DNA of 64,000 bases from Octopus sinensis (lineage: Eukaryota), in assembly GCF_006345805.1 (NCBI RefSeq), contig NC_043015.1:8556001-8620000 (forward strand), given 5' to 3'. Positions 41,237 through 54,665 of the stretch are shown piece by piece. A program made the translations under genes and the position numbers. The notes beneath the pieces were generated by a model. That model was not told where the DNA came from and did not search any database. It worked only from the letters and a program-made list of their open reading frames with translations. Position 1 is the first letter of the stretch. Every line of letters begins with the position of its first letter.

Positions 41237-43328
41237 GTATAAAAGCGGTAGAAAATGAGAGAAGTACAACAATGTGAGAAAGTGCACTAATTCCAACTTT
41301 TTTTTTCGTTTTGCACAATCGATCTTATTGGAAATGACGTCTCAAATGATAAGCACATATTACAATTTACATAAATTTTCCTCCACATAATTTGAGATAT
41401 TTAATATCTATTTGGAGGACCTATTCCTATCTTTTGGAAAGTATAATAAATGAATGCCGCCTAAAAGTTGTTAGATGTCTCAGCAGATTTTAAACTTTTA
41501 TTGAATATCTTAAATTCACGAACGGTTTAAAAAAACTAATGCAAGCCATGCATGATATATACAAATGCCAGAAACAGGAGAAAGTATAATAGAAATTATA
41601 GAAGATAGAGAGGTAAACTATTGCTTCAGAAAACACTTACTTTAATTGTAATGAATTATATCATGTTAAACATGGAAACTAAACACGAAATTTTTGTTGA
41701 GATGTGGTCTGTCTTCCATTACTCTGAAAAGTTGCTGAAAATCATGTTACATTCAAAAGTATTGTCGAATGAACAAAGTTAATTACGTGTACCATTATAT
41801 CTAGGAATCATCCACAGCCACTGTTTATACTCAACAGAAGCTATGAAGCCATTCACTCGGAAAGCTAAATTAGCAGCAATGAATCATTCTCATAGATTTT
41901 AAATTACCAATGCCTTGAAGACATTCCGCAATATCAGCAATGTTTCCAACCGGAGAAAAATTATTGCATTCAATTAAAAAGCTATTTTGCAACAACCACA
42001 CGCACTCTGAAAGAAATATATACGTTCTTTAAATTCAGGAAATTATTTTGCATATCTATTGTGTAGGATCGTTGCATGCGATTCTTCACTGTGTAAAGCC
42101 GAGCACAAAATGTAAAGCAGAAGCATACATCTTTCTCAATCCGGTTTTAAACGAGAACATGTGACAAAAATAATATATATAAATCGACTACTGTACTGTA
42201 GTTTTATGTTTAACATATACCTTGATTGTCATTATTCAGAATTTTCAATGAATTATGACGAGATTGATGTCATGAGAGTGACACACAGGAAAATGACACT
42301 TCAGGAATAGCTTGCCTTTAGATGAGACCAATATAATACCTCCATGTTTAAAGTAGTAATATCACAGTTCTAGCCAGAATAAGTTAGTTTAACCTTTCCT
42401 ATAAGTTCGTAGAATGTCTTAGCTATAGCAGCAGTATTAAAGATAATATATACCAGATTACAGTAATACGCAACAGGGAAATTTTGACAGTCTATGTCTC
42501 AGTTAAATTATTGTCATTTGCCTTGTATTTTAATTGCCCATAATTTGGCACTTAATTGACAAAATAAATATTAACTTTTATTGAAACCAACTGCCCCCAA
42601 CGGTGCAATCACACACTTAGAATGTTTCATATCCCAATATACAGAAACACTCTCTTCTTCCAAACACTTTCCTTTTTCATACACCTCCGTTTTCCGTCAA
42701 AAGTTTGTCTGATGGAGGACTGTTTTGCAAAACGTCAGAATTAGTCTTATGAGGTAAGCTAACGCAACATTTGCTAAAACCTGTCATTTCTGTGCCGTCC
42801 TTCTTTTATTTGGCGTTCATTGCCTTCATAATATCGTGTTTTGATCATCATGACGTAAACGTAAATCCTGAGGTCAACATTTATAATGAAGGGCTGCAAT
42901 TTGCGCAACATTAAATTTTTCAGCAATAAATTGTAATTAATAGTTAAAAATCACTTCATGGCGTAATCTTAATAAAAAAAAACAATGTTATTTTTAAGCG
43001 ATCATTCAACATGCTAACAACTGTTCATGTACTCCTATTTACAAATAAATAATTTAAAAAACTTCCGGCGCCCTTCGTTTCCCTACACGTATGAAAATAT
43101 GGGATCTCTATCATTGGAAGTACATTAAAAATACCTCTATTATATTAGAAGTTACTTAAAGTCATGTAACAAAAGCAGTAAAATTAACGCTAGAGTTAGT
43201 AAAGAGTCGATGTGGGCTAATTTATTTTCTTCTTACAATGACTACGAAAATATTCTTTACAAAGCTTTTGCTAAAAGATCGAGACCTCTTCGTACAGGAT
43301 CGCTAAATCTAACTGATTGCACTTTTAG

Positions 43329-43864
43329 TCTCTACACAACATGGAAGATGTTCTGAGTTGGAAAATTCACCCAATCTGCAGTCGAAATATACTTTGCATC
43401 CATATTTGATAGGGAGTAAATCAACGTGTGTTTTAAGGAATATATCAAGTTTCTTAATGGGAATATTAACAACGCAGGAAAGGAAATTGCAGCCTTCTAG
43501 AAGAAACAACAAATTTCTAGCAAACTACTTTCGTTTTCAGTTGAAGATTTCAGACATTAATTGTTATTCAATGTGCAATAGAAACATTGCAGCAAGGCGT
43601 TGCTTAAGTAAACAAATCGTTTCAATAAGCAAAACAATTGTATTTAAGAATCTACATAAATATCCAGCTCCATTGATATTTATTTTGTACTGCTTAATTT
43701 GCAAACAAAATAGAATAACAATATCTTCGCAAAAGCAAATTTCATTGAAAAGGTCAGACAAATGGTCTTACAAAACAGTATGGAGATCTCCAAATATTAA
43801 TATTAGCTATGAACGAAATGCCATCAATCAAATCACTACAGTTTTGGCAGAATTCTACTCATAA
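43329..43864 (+). CDS. Candidate terminal or large exon: 178-codon open frame (V)STQHGRCSELENSPNLQSKY...VLAEFYS*
   Basis: Branch CTAAC plus acttttag acceptor; in-frame stop just upstream; longest non-repeat ORF in the window; no family recognised. Confidence 0.4.
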
Positions 43865-44610
43865 AATCTCCTGAAGTAAGCATTTCAAAATTTACATACG
43901 AAAAAGCAGTGTTCCAGCATGACCGCAGCCTTTGAGTAAAACCGGTAAATGAAGACAAAAACAGAAACCTTTATTTCATTTCTGTTATATTGAAGGCATA
44001 GTGTGTGACTACTGAATGCGCATGATATATTTATTAATTTGCTGTAGCATGGGATATTTAGTCTCTTGCTGAAAATCTGGTCGTCGATCTCAACTAATTT
44101 GATAGCAGCAGATTTTCACCCCACCCAAATCGTGGTACCGGTGGCGATTTACGTCAAACTGGGGTGCTGAGTGATGGTTAGCTATAGCTTGGAAACGCGA
44201 GTGATGGTATGAGCCGTGGTAGTAGGTGATGATAATGTTGGAGGTACGTGTCGTGGTAGTTGTAGATGAAAATTTTGAGGTAGGCAACGATAAAAATCGT
44301 CATCATAATATTAATTCTATCGGTCACGGCTGTGGGCCAACTTAGTAGTGGCAGGCAATAATTTCTTTCCGTAGTAATCACGACGTTGGTTGTGATAACT
44401 GTCGAATTGGGTACGATTTGTGAGGAAGTCACTGACCCAGCTCCGGTAGGTCGTTGGTCATCAGGTTTAGCAGGTGAAACAAGAAAGATAGGCAAGTACA
44501 GAGATTTCCTATATTTCACGTGGCAAGCATGCAGGTTTCTATCTCGTGGTTGGGCTTTTGGAAGGAAGACACACGTTTTGTCGGATGTTCCTATGAAAAC
44601 ACACAGGTGC

Positions 44611-44768
44611 AGGAGTGGCTGTTGGGTAAGTAGTTTGATTACCAACCACATGGTTCCGGGTTCAGTCCCACTGTGCGGCATCTTGGGAAAGTGTTTTCTA
44701 CTATAGCCTCGCGCCGACCAAAGATTTTTTAGTGGATTTGGTTAACGGAAACTGAAAGAAGCCCGTCG

Positions 44769-44804
<36 letters not shown>

Positions 44805-45240
44805 ATATGTATGTATGTGCGTGTGTGCGAGTGTGTGTTTATACCAACAACATCGCTTGTTAACCGATGCTGGTGTATCTACGTCACCGTAAGGTAGCGG
44901 TTCGGCAAAAGAGACCGATATAATAAGTACTAGCCTCGGGCCCACCAAATCTTTGTGAGTGTATTTGGTAGACGGTAACTGAAAGAAGTCCATCGTATAT
45001 ATGTATATATATATATATGTATGCCTGTGTATATGGTTGTGTGCCCCCCCCCCCTCACCGACGTAGTTTGACAGTCGATGCTGGTGTGTTTACGTCCCTG
45101 TACCATAGCGGTTCGGCAAAATAGACCGTTAGAATAAGTACTAGGCTGAAAAAGAATAAGTCTTGCTCGACTGAAGGCGGTGCTCCAGCATGGCCGTAGT
45201 CAAATGACTGAAACAAGTAAAAGAATAAAAGAAAAGGAAA
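44611..45240 (+). mobile_element. SINE family A with internal tandem duplication of the central module
   Basis: Two successive gtgagtg..tttggt..acgg.aactgaaagaag + microsatellite + cgatgctggtgt modules. Confidence 0.85.
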
Positions 45241-45249
45241 GAATAAAGG

Positions 45250-45287
<38 letters not shown>

Positions 45288-45381
45288 ATCCAAACAAGAA
45301 AGCACAAAAAAGCACAACAACGCGTGGACACGGAACAAATATAGTATTATTGGACGCTCAGAAAAGAAGGAAAGAAGGACG

Positions 45382-45416
45382 GCTTAAGTTTTCGAGCGGA
45401 GCTCTTCGTCAGAAAC
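45382..45416 (-). ncRNA. Degenerate minimal type I hammerhead in a PLE-terminal remnant
   Basis: GUUU-CUGACGA-A-GAGC-UCC-GCUC-GAAA-ACUU-AAGC; stem III palindrome lost. Confidence 0.55.
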
Positions 45417-45537
45417 ATAGGAGAAGGAAAGAACAAGAGAAGGGAGAGAGAAGAAAAAAATCGCCAACGGTACACACGAGGTCATGAGGTCACAAACATA
45501 TACACACATACATGCATATATATATATATATATATTA

Positions 45538-45687
<150 letters not shown>

Positions 45688-46335
45688 GTGTGTATGTATG
45701 CATATCTCTAACGGCAGAGGAAGATCAATTAAATGTCATGGTAATAGGAAAACATACTATAGAAATAGTCCTTTTATTTCCATCACCGTATAAACCGAAG
45801 GCTACATATTAAGATTACCTTACTTCATTCGCAATTCAATCCATTTGACAAGAAATAACTATTGAAACAACGAAAGTGAAATATGAAGTGTTCATCATAT
45901 GGATTCATTCAACGTCAATGATACATTTGAAACTAAGTTGTTTCGATGTTTCATATTCTTGAATCCTTGAACTGTTGACAATATAATTAGCATCTACCAA
46001 AACCCGGTAAACTCTATGTAATCTAAGTAGTACAAGCGTACTTGTATATGTTGTTATTTTGCTATTAAGCTCAAATACATGCAGAGACTTTTATGGTATT
46101 TCATCGCAGCGACAGATAGTATTTTCCTTTAGGTTATTATATTTATCAGAAATCGATATATAAATCACTGTTAGCTTATAAATGTCAAAAGTGCACATCT
46201 TTCGTTTTTTTCATATTTTGCCAACGCAGATATGCCGAAATGCCATTCGCGCATACATAGCTATATATATGCGTACACAGATACAGAAACATACGCGCAA
46301 ACATATAAACACTCGCATGCATGAACACACACTTA

Positions 46336-46431
<96 letters not shown>

Positions 46432-46571
46432 TATATATATATACACATACACATATATATACATATACATACAAATATATATATATATATATATATGCTC
46501 ACACATGCACACACAACATACACATATATACATATATAGATTTTTGTGTGCACTTTACATCACACCTACGC

Positions 46572-46621
<50 letters not shown>

Positions 46622-47230
46622 CATAAACCTTCATTGTATTTTAATTTTTACTATTTGCAAATATTTGTTAAAATTTTCAATTTATTTATACGATATTTTT
46701 CCTGTGTATAGGAACGCAGAATCATAGTTGCTACACAGCGAATTCAGTGAAGAAACAAAATGAAAGCTAACAAAAATTATTCTATATAGCAATGTGCATT
46801 CCAGACAATACATAATAAATACCAACTTATCGAAAGAAGATATGAAATATTTATTTATTCTTACTTGCAAAGGAAACTTTTAACAAGCGAGTTGTCCTAT
46901 CTTCGAAAGTATGATAATATAACAAATGAATGATGCAACGAAAAACAAAAATATAATTTTATTATTATAAGACGTCATATTGTCAGTGAAATCACGAAGG
47001 AATAAACATCCATTAAATCCTCACCAGGTAACTACGACAGCTGTCACTTTTGTATTGAACTACTTATTTATGAACTTACACGCACATATGTAAGCACACG
47101 TAGCTACAAATAACCGCCTACGTAACATATTATATATATATATATATAAACATGCATATGTATATATACCACATACATACGTATATTGATATATAAACAT
47201 CTATATAGATATATATATCTATATATATAT

Positions 47231-47297
<67 letters not shown>

Positions 47298-47673
47298 TTT
47301 GTAGATATGACTTATATTCAACAAATATTCAAAGACAATATGAAAATAATGGAGATGTTGTTTGTGTTGTGTAAATTCTAATCGTGCGTGATTCTCAAAT
47401 AATGGTACTATTTTCGTTTACATCTAGTCACTCTACTTAATTATGTTCAAAACATTTCAAATAAATTCAGCAAATTTTTAATTTCAATTAAAAGAAAACA
47501 GTTATTAATATTAAATAAGTCGTGCAAGATTTCGTAATATTACGACATATCATTAAATCCCGAATAGTAATTGTACATCATTTTCAAAGCTTGTAGCTAC
47601 AACAATTTCTCACTCTCGGTTTGGGTATATTTCCCTTTTCGTTTTACAACAGTATAACTGAGAGATTGTATAT

Positions 47674-47728
<55 letters not shown>

Positions 47729-48179
47729 TATTATATATATATATATTACTAAGTACATGTATAACCAATTAAACTTACATGTATAACCAAAAGTAACAGT
47801 TAAGCAAAAGAATTTTAGTGCAGACAAAAACTGTACAAATTTTGATGTACGTATGCCATTGCCAAATAATCTTAACAACGTTCTGGTATGATTGATTGTG
47901 TAAGACGAAATTATAATAAGCTAACATTTTAGATACTCTCTGGCCCTACAAATACTTTCTTCTACATTTTTTCATCAAAATTATTTATGTAACTTTCTCA
48001 GAATACTGATACCGTCTTCATTTTTTAACCATATTCCATACTGCATCAAGTATGACTATATCTGTATAGATATATTTCCCTGTGTGTGGACGTTATGTTC
48101 AGTGAACTAAACAACCCAACTTCCCTTTTAGTATCGCAAAAATCACACTCACATGCAAATGGCGATTGTTCAGGACCAC

Positions 48180-48305
48180 GTGATTCCCTCGATTATATCG
48201 ACTTCAGTGCGTAACTGGTACTTATTTAATCGACCCTGAAAAGATGAAAGGCAAAATCGACCTCGACAGAATTTGAACTCAGGACGTAAAATGAGACGAA
48301 ATGCC
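48180..48305 (-). mobile_element. SINE family B fragment
   Basis: Shared cagtgcgtaactggtactt...gaaaagatgaaaggcaaa...atttgaactcagg. Confidence 0.8.
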
Positions 48306-48535
48306 AGACGACATAACAACTCTTATATTGTCACTATTGTCGACCCGGGAAAAAAATAATTTGAAACACATCGGTGAGCATAAACAAAAATTATTTGAAC
48401 AAATGATTCTCATAGAACTCATAAAATGAAACATATATCGTATCGACTCAAGATCGAAAGCATTTAACTTCGTCCAATATTCGAAAGCAGAATATCTTTA
48501 TTCAAATCTTCTTAAGAATAAAAGGCATGTATCAC

Positions 48536-48618
48536 CAATATGAGCTGGTGACTTTTCTGCTTCTTTCGTCTTTCGAAGTCAATGACTTTGGTACATAGCG
48601 CATGCACACCATATATAT
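48536..48618 (-). CDS. Candidate - strand exon: (D)IYGVHALCTKVIDFERRKKQKSHQLIL
   Basis: Strong acceptor cacttcatttcttcag; moderate donor TTG|gtgata; phase-compatible with 54112-54255. Confidence 0.25.
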
Positions 48619-49154
48619 CTGAAGAAATGAAGTGGCTCCCATTTGCTTGAAATTAAAAACGAAGGTAGAAGAGAATATAATCGCAGTAGTCATGTGATTT
48701 TCAAGTATTAACACTAATGCACATGGAGAATATATTTCAGTAAACCACCACTGTATATAGCATAGCTATTAGATTCTGGAACAAACAGGATAAGATAAAT
48801 TTAAGCTCTAACGACATGTAGGAGAAAATATTTTACTCTTAAGACGGACTGTATTACGATTGGCAAACTAGCCATTCTGAAATATAACTAGGTGTGATAT
48901 CAGCGGTAAGCTGTTCGATATATAATGGAAAGAGTTATACGAAATTTTTGAAACAGAATCAACAAATTATGACATCTCTATGAAATGTATTCATGGTCAT
49001 GTAAGTACAAATCACTCTGGTACAAGAAACTAACAGAGATTGAAACAACAGAGTGCCTTCTTCCGTATCATTCATAAATATAGTTTCCTAAATTTAAGTA
49101 GATATGTCATGTGTGTGAATACACAGGCATGTATACATGCACACATATACATGC

Positions 49155-49185
<31 letters not shown>

Positions 49186-49399
49186 CGTATGTATGTATGC
49201 ATGTATATCTATATGCATATATATATATATACGTATATGTATATATAAATATATATGAATATATGTTTATGTAAATATATATATATATGAATATACATAT
49301 ATATAATATAAATAATATATAAATCTATGCACGTATACATATCTGTACCTACATATATATGTATATATAATGCATATATGGGTACAGGACATAAAAAAA

Positions 49400-49690
49400 A
49401 ACGTTGAACACAATGTGAAACAAAAGCGTAAATACAAAAACATAGAAACGAACTATTTTAAAACAACGAAAAAAACAGAGAAACGAGACATACAAAATAA
49501 AGAATATTCCACTTCTTCAGTTGTCCCAGTTGCAGCTACTCCGCGTATCGAGGGTAAGTACAGGGTGCAATTTCGTTGAAACAGTCCTTCCCGCAGAGCA
49601 AATTAAAAACAATTTGAGATTTATTGTGGAGGTTCAAAGTGGTAAAAAGAACAGGACATTGGCAACAAAACAGTAATAACAAACGATGAG
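49400..49690 (-). mobile_element. PLE terminal-repeat-like remnant in inverted orientation upstream of the PLE ORF
   Basis: Carries the GAAAUU...CUGAAGA arrangement also seen in the 12 kb and 29 kb repeats. Confidence 0.4.
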
Positions 49691-49729
49691 AGCTGTTATA
49701 TATATATATATATATATATATAGACTAAG

Positions 49730-50614
49730 TTATATTAATGTAGGTTCATGCCATCCCCCTATAGTATTCAAAAATTTAGTTTAAAATATTAGTAAGAGGA
49801 TTTCTAGCCTCTCATCTAATGAGGACATCTTCAATAGCGTTGCCCCAGTTTATAATAAAGCTTTAAAAGATAGTGGTTTTAGCGAAATAATAAAATATAC
49901 ACCTATCACCAGCCCAACAGTAAGGAAAAGGAATAATAGAAATAGGAAGGTCATCTGGTTTACGCCCCCTTACTCACCCAAGGTGGCCTTCAATATAGGT
50001 AAATATTTCCTAGCACTGATAGATAGACATTTTCCAGTTAACCATGCTTATAGGAAACTCTTCAATAGACACAATTTAAAAATTAGTTTTAGTTCAACTA
50101 CCAATTTTAAAAACATAATCAATCATAACATACAAAAAACACAAGAAGAAAACAGCTGTTCATGCAGGAATAAAGAATTGTGCCCGCTAAATGGAGCTTG
50201 CATGTCCAAGACCATCATATATGAAGCTACCGTAAACTCTATAACCACTAAAGACACCGTTTCGACGAAGAAATACGTGGGCTGACAGAGGGTAATTTCA
50301 AGGCCAGGTTCAATAACCACACTTTGAGCTTTAGGCACTGGAACAAAAGAAAAGCGACACAATTATCCAATCATATTTGGTCTTTAAGAGATAAAGGTGT
50401 CGATTATAACATACAATGGAAGATTTTGGCCAGATGTAAGCCCTACACTAACGGCAGCGGAAGGTGCGGTTTATGCGACATGGAGAGATGGCTTATCTGG
50501 AAAAGCAGCTTAGACCCTACCACATGTCTAAATACAAGGACAGAGCTTTTCGGATCATGCCCACATGTGACTAAATTTCTGTTACGTTTTTGGTCCCCTA
50601 AAGAAAACGGATAG
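49730..50614 (+). pseudogene. Penelope-like element 3' part: thumb/linker and GIY-YIG endonuclease, one frameshift
   Basis: RKVIWFTPPYS; NIGKYFLALIDRHFP; TIIYEATV...KKYVG(L)TEGNFKARFNNHT; WKILARC...RCGLCDMERWLI...LNTRTEL. Confidence 0.9.
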
Positions 50615-50810
50615 AACATGCTTTCTGTGTTATGTCCCAAGAAGATTTTATATATTTTTTATATATTTTTATATATTTTTATGTATTTTTATATAATTTT
50701 TATGACGAAAAATGCGAGCGATGTATAAGTACGCAGGCAAAGCAGAGTTATAACAGAGTAATTTCCCTTCATTTTTAACGCTATTTTTTCATAACGTTTT
50801 CAAATAGCCA

Positions 50811-50871
50811 GATAACCGAAGAGATGGTGTTGTGGATTTCCACTTCGGCATCTGAAACTCAGAGTTTTATC
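50811..50871 (+). ncRNA. Type I hammerhead ribozyme motif in the PLE 3' UTR
   Basis: Stem I GAUAA/UUAUC; core CCGAAGA; stem II GAUG/CAUC with inner GUGGA/UCCAC hairpin; GAAA; stem III ACUC/GAGU; GUU cleavage triplet. Confidence 0.75.
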
Positions 50872-50901
50872 TTGACTACCGAGTAATGTAACATATTGTA
50901 T

Positions 50902-51034
<133 letters not shown>

Positions 51035-51219
51035 CGTGTAGAAAGAAAATGTTTTAGTAGGGAGACACTCGTGGTGAATATAGATGCAGAAAGAGAAAAG
51101 GTGAAAAAACGCTGAGATTTGATTTACAGGATTTAAGATAATAATGATATGCAATATTGTACAAAAAGTGTTTTGTTCTTTTAACATTATTAAAGTAAGG
51201 ATGGGTTTCACATCTCAGC

Positions 51220-52360
51220 TGAGATTTGAAAGAGATAAATTGCCAGTAGAAAAATAATTGCTAGGGGAGATAATTGTTCACTCATTTATTTAGTAGCAAA
51301 GAGGAGGTAAATTATCGTCCAAAATCTTCCAATACTCTATAGGAACCCCAATCTTAAAAAGATTCTACGTAACCATAAAATCTTTAAGAGCAGCAAACAT
51401 ACTTTGGCATTGAAGAAAATTCTCACTAATGCCAAACTATTCTCTAGAACAACGGAGGCAAGAGTTGTAAAGTGTAGTCGCCATAATTGCGGAACATTCC
51501 CAATCTGTTGGAAGGATCGGCATTCCATTTGAGACAAGAGGGGGACAAATATTCAAATTCAAATCTAACTACATGTATATAAGTTTACATTCAAATTCAA
51601 ATCTAACTCCCAAAACTTCATTTACGTAATCAAATCATCGAGCTGCCATCGAAATTATATTGGATCAACAGGAAAATCGATCTACAGACAAGTTTCCTGC
51701 CCACAATATCGCCAAATATATATCAGCCAACACATTTTTGTTGTTTGCTCCTTCTCGAGCAATGCCTGGCTCATAAGGGGCGGTTCCCTTGTTTCTTGGC
51801 ATATAGGTTCCCCACCTGGACGGGTCGTCGGCCCATCGCAGGTGAGCTGCAAGGTGCAGCAGGAAAGAGTGAGAGAAAGTTGGGGCGAAAGAATTACCAG
51901 AAGTTTCGCCATTACTTTCTGCTGGAGCTGCTTGGAGCTTAGGTGTTTCGCTCATAAACACACACATCGCCCGGTCTGAGATTCGAACCCGCGATCCCTC
52001 AGCCGTCAGTTCGGTGCTCTAACCACTAGGTCATGTGCCTCCACAGCCAACACATTCGAAAGTGCAGAACGCTTACAACAACAATTCAAAAATTTCCCAT
52101 TTTATCAACTCGGCTTCTGGACCTCAACCCAAGTAAAACTGAATAAAGAAGCCCCATCTATCCAAGAATATAAACCAGAGTTAAATACGAACCGAAATTT
52201 AAAGTATAGGACTTACCCCATGTAATCGAAGATGTAAGCCAGAATAAAGCATAGAACATAGGATACAAATTAAAAAAATACAGCTTTACCTAATCTTTAC
52301 TCAAAAATAAATGACTGAACATTTATCTCCTCCAGAAATATTTCCCCCGCCCCTAGCAAT
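51220..52360 (+). pseudogene. Second PLE linker and GIY-YIG fragment, interrupted by a SINE
   Basis: LKKILTNAKLF...VVKCSRHNCGT; NFIYVIKSSSCHRNYIGSTG; the frame rejoins as SQHIRKC after removing the insertion. Confidence 0.8.
51737..52043 (-). mobile_element. tRNA-SINE (family C head, V-domain-like 3' part) with 13-bp TSD
   Basis: CAGCCAACACATT at 51724-51736 and 52044-52056; head matches the 1235 SINE. Confidence 0.9.
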
Positions 52361-52592
52361 CTCTTTCTTTTAACTTAGTATGATGAGCAATGCGAAATCC
52401 CTCCTTACTTTAATTAAATTGAAAGAACAAAACCTTATTTTGTACGAAATTGTATACCTTTATTACAATGGCTCTAATATACTCCTAAGTCCTGTAAAAC
52501 AAATATTTTTTATTGATCATCTTTTCTCTTTCTCTCCTTCTCCTTTCCTCTCTCTCTCTATCTCCTTCCCTCTCCCTGTCCCTATATATATG

Positions 52593-52657
<65 letters not shown>

Positions 52658-52841
52658 GAGTGTGTGTTTGTGTGTTGGGCTGTGAGTGTGTGTGTGCTAA
52701 ATAAAATGAGACACCATCTTTGCAATCTCTAAATGTATATAGCTTCCAGATGAGAGATAGATATTCTCCGTATAGAATACACTTCGTAGTGAGGGGGCAG
52801 AGGATTAAATGTAAGGATAAGCAAGTCACGGAAGTCGGTAT

Positions 52842-53216
52842 TCTTTTATTCTTTTACTTGTTTTAGTCATTTGACTCCAGCCATGCTGGAGTACCGCCTT
52901 TAGTCGAGCAACTCAAGCCCGGGACTTATTCATTGTAAGCCCAGTACTTATTCTATCGGTCTCTTTTGCCGAAACGCTAAGTAAACACACCAGCATCGGT
53001 TGTCAAGCAATGCTAGGGGGACAAACACAAACATACAAGCTCACACACACATATATACGACGGGCTTCTTTTAGTTTCCATCTACCAAATCCACTCACAA
53101 GGCTTTGGTCGGCCCAAGGCTATAGTAGAAGACACTTGCCCAAGATGCCACACAGTGGGACTGAACGCGGAACAATGTGGTTGGTAAACAAGCTACTTAC
53201 CCAAGATGCCACTCCT
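52842..53216 (-). mobile_element. SINE family A
   Basis: Reverse complement of the 3006-3465 consensus. Confidence 0.9.
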
Positions 53217-53417
53217 GTTCCTATACGAAAAATATTAAATACATTTAATACAAAAAAAAATGTTTTTATATTTATATGTATAATAGAAATATCAGGAAAT
53301 AAAATGTTTGAATAAGCATTTGCGAGTCCAACGAATGTTACTGGGGGCTTGGTGGTCCACAATAATGATTGTGATTTAACCTAGACCCCATCGGATAATA
53401 TTTGCTTCCGTCTTCAG

Positions 53418-53552
53418 AAAAGAAGTTTTGCAAATGTGATGCTCTGTCAACTCAACAAGTGTAAAACGGCTTCCCTAGTATTATGCGATGACAGAATCCT
53501 CTTAGAATCACCATTTTCGACCACCATGGTCCTAAGAACACGCGTTGGACTG
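53418..53552 (+). CDS. Additional + strand exon candidate: KRSFANVMLCQLNKCKTASLVLCDDRILLESPFSTTMVLRTRVGL
   Basis: Acceptor tttgcttccgtcttcag, donor CTG|gtaaaa; 135 nt; only frame 0 open. Confidence 0.3.
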
Positions 53553-53679
53553 GTAAAACTCATATTCAACCCCTTTCAATTCGATACTATTTCTATTCGG
53601 TATAAGTGGAAACTTTTTAAATGTAAGCTTATATACATCTGTATTACATTTATTTCAGGGTATATCGACTTGCCTAATT

Positions 53680-53724
<45 letters not shown>

Positions 53725-53794
53725 TATACATATATATATATATATATGTGTGTGTGTGTATGTGTGTGCGTGTGTGAGAGAGAGAGAGAGTATA

Positions 53795-54095
53795 TTGTTT
53801 TTTTTTACTTGTTTCAGTTATTTGACTGCGGCCATGCTGGAGCACCGCCTTTAGTCGAACAAATCGACCCCAGGACTTATTCTTTTTAAGCCTAGTACTT
53901 ATTATATCGGGGTATTTTGCCGAACCGCTAAGTGACGGGGACGTTAACACACTAGCATCGGTTGTCAAGCAATGCTAGGGGAACAAACACAGAGACACAA
54001 ACACATATATATATATGCATATATACGACAGGCTTCTTTCAGTTTCCGTCTACCAAATACACTCACAAGGCATTTGTCGGCCCGGGGCTATAGAA
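53795..54095 (-). mobile_element. SINE family A, 5' truncated
   Basis: Consensus match. Confidence 0.85.
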
Positions 54096-54111
54096 GAAGA
54101 CTTAAACTTAC

Positions 54112-54255
54112 CAGCCTTATTTTCCTTCAGTGGTGTTGAAGGCTGAGAAAACAATTTCGTTCGTTCTTTCTCAGCCACTTCACAAATACTATCAAAAGAT
54201 GAATGACGAGAGAAGGACTTCTTTGATGTGATGGCGCCATGACAGAATAAATCAT
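54112..54255 (-). CDS. Candidate - strand internal exon: (D)DLFCHGAITSKKSFSRHSSFDSICEVAEKERTKLFSQPSTPLKENKA
   Basis: Acceptor atatttatttcag, consensus donor CTG|gtaagt; 144 nt, phase 1 to 1; only one frame open throughout; protein-like S/E/K-rich composition. Confidence 0.45.
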
Positions 54256-54481
54256 CTGAAATAAATATTTACATGAAAATTACATCAATTTAATATATTT
54301 GGAAATATTTCATTCAATAGAAGAGAAAAAAAAAGAACAAAAGAAAAACATTTAAAGCAAGAAAATTTTTTTTAGAAATTTGGAATTCCAAAAAACAAAT
54401 CAAATTATTTGAGATTTAGCATTAAGAATATGTTCAATTCTAAAAGCAACTGCAGTAAATAGCAACAATAGAAACGTATTC

Positions 54482-54665
54482 TTCTTTTTACTTGTTTCAG
54501 TCATTTGACTGCGGCCGTGCTGGAGCACCGCCTTTATTTGAGCAAATCGACCCTAGGACTTTGTAAGCCTACTACTTACTCTATCGGTCTCTTTTGCCAC
54601 GCAGTGGGACTGAACCCGGAACCATGTGGCTGGTTAGCAAGCTACTTACCACATAGCCACTCCTG
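54482..54665 (-). mobile_element. SINE family A, internally deleted
   Basis: Tail joined directly to the head at ttttgcc|acgcagtggg. Confidence 0.8.

Noticed and set aside
41641-41725. Consensus minus-strand donor AAA|gtaagt with upstream acceptors
   Set aside because: All frames are closed, which illustrates the pseudo-splice-site background that limits confidence in the exon calls.
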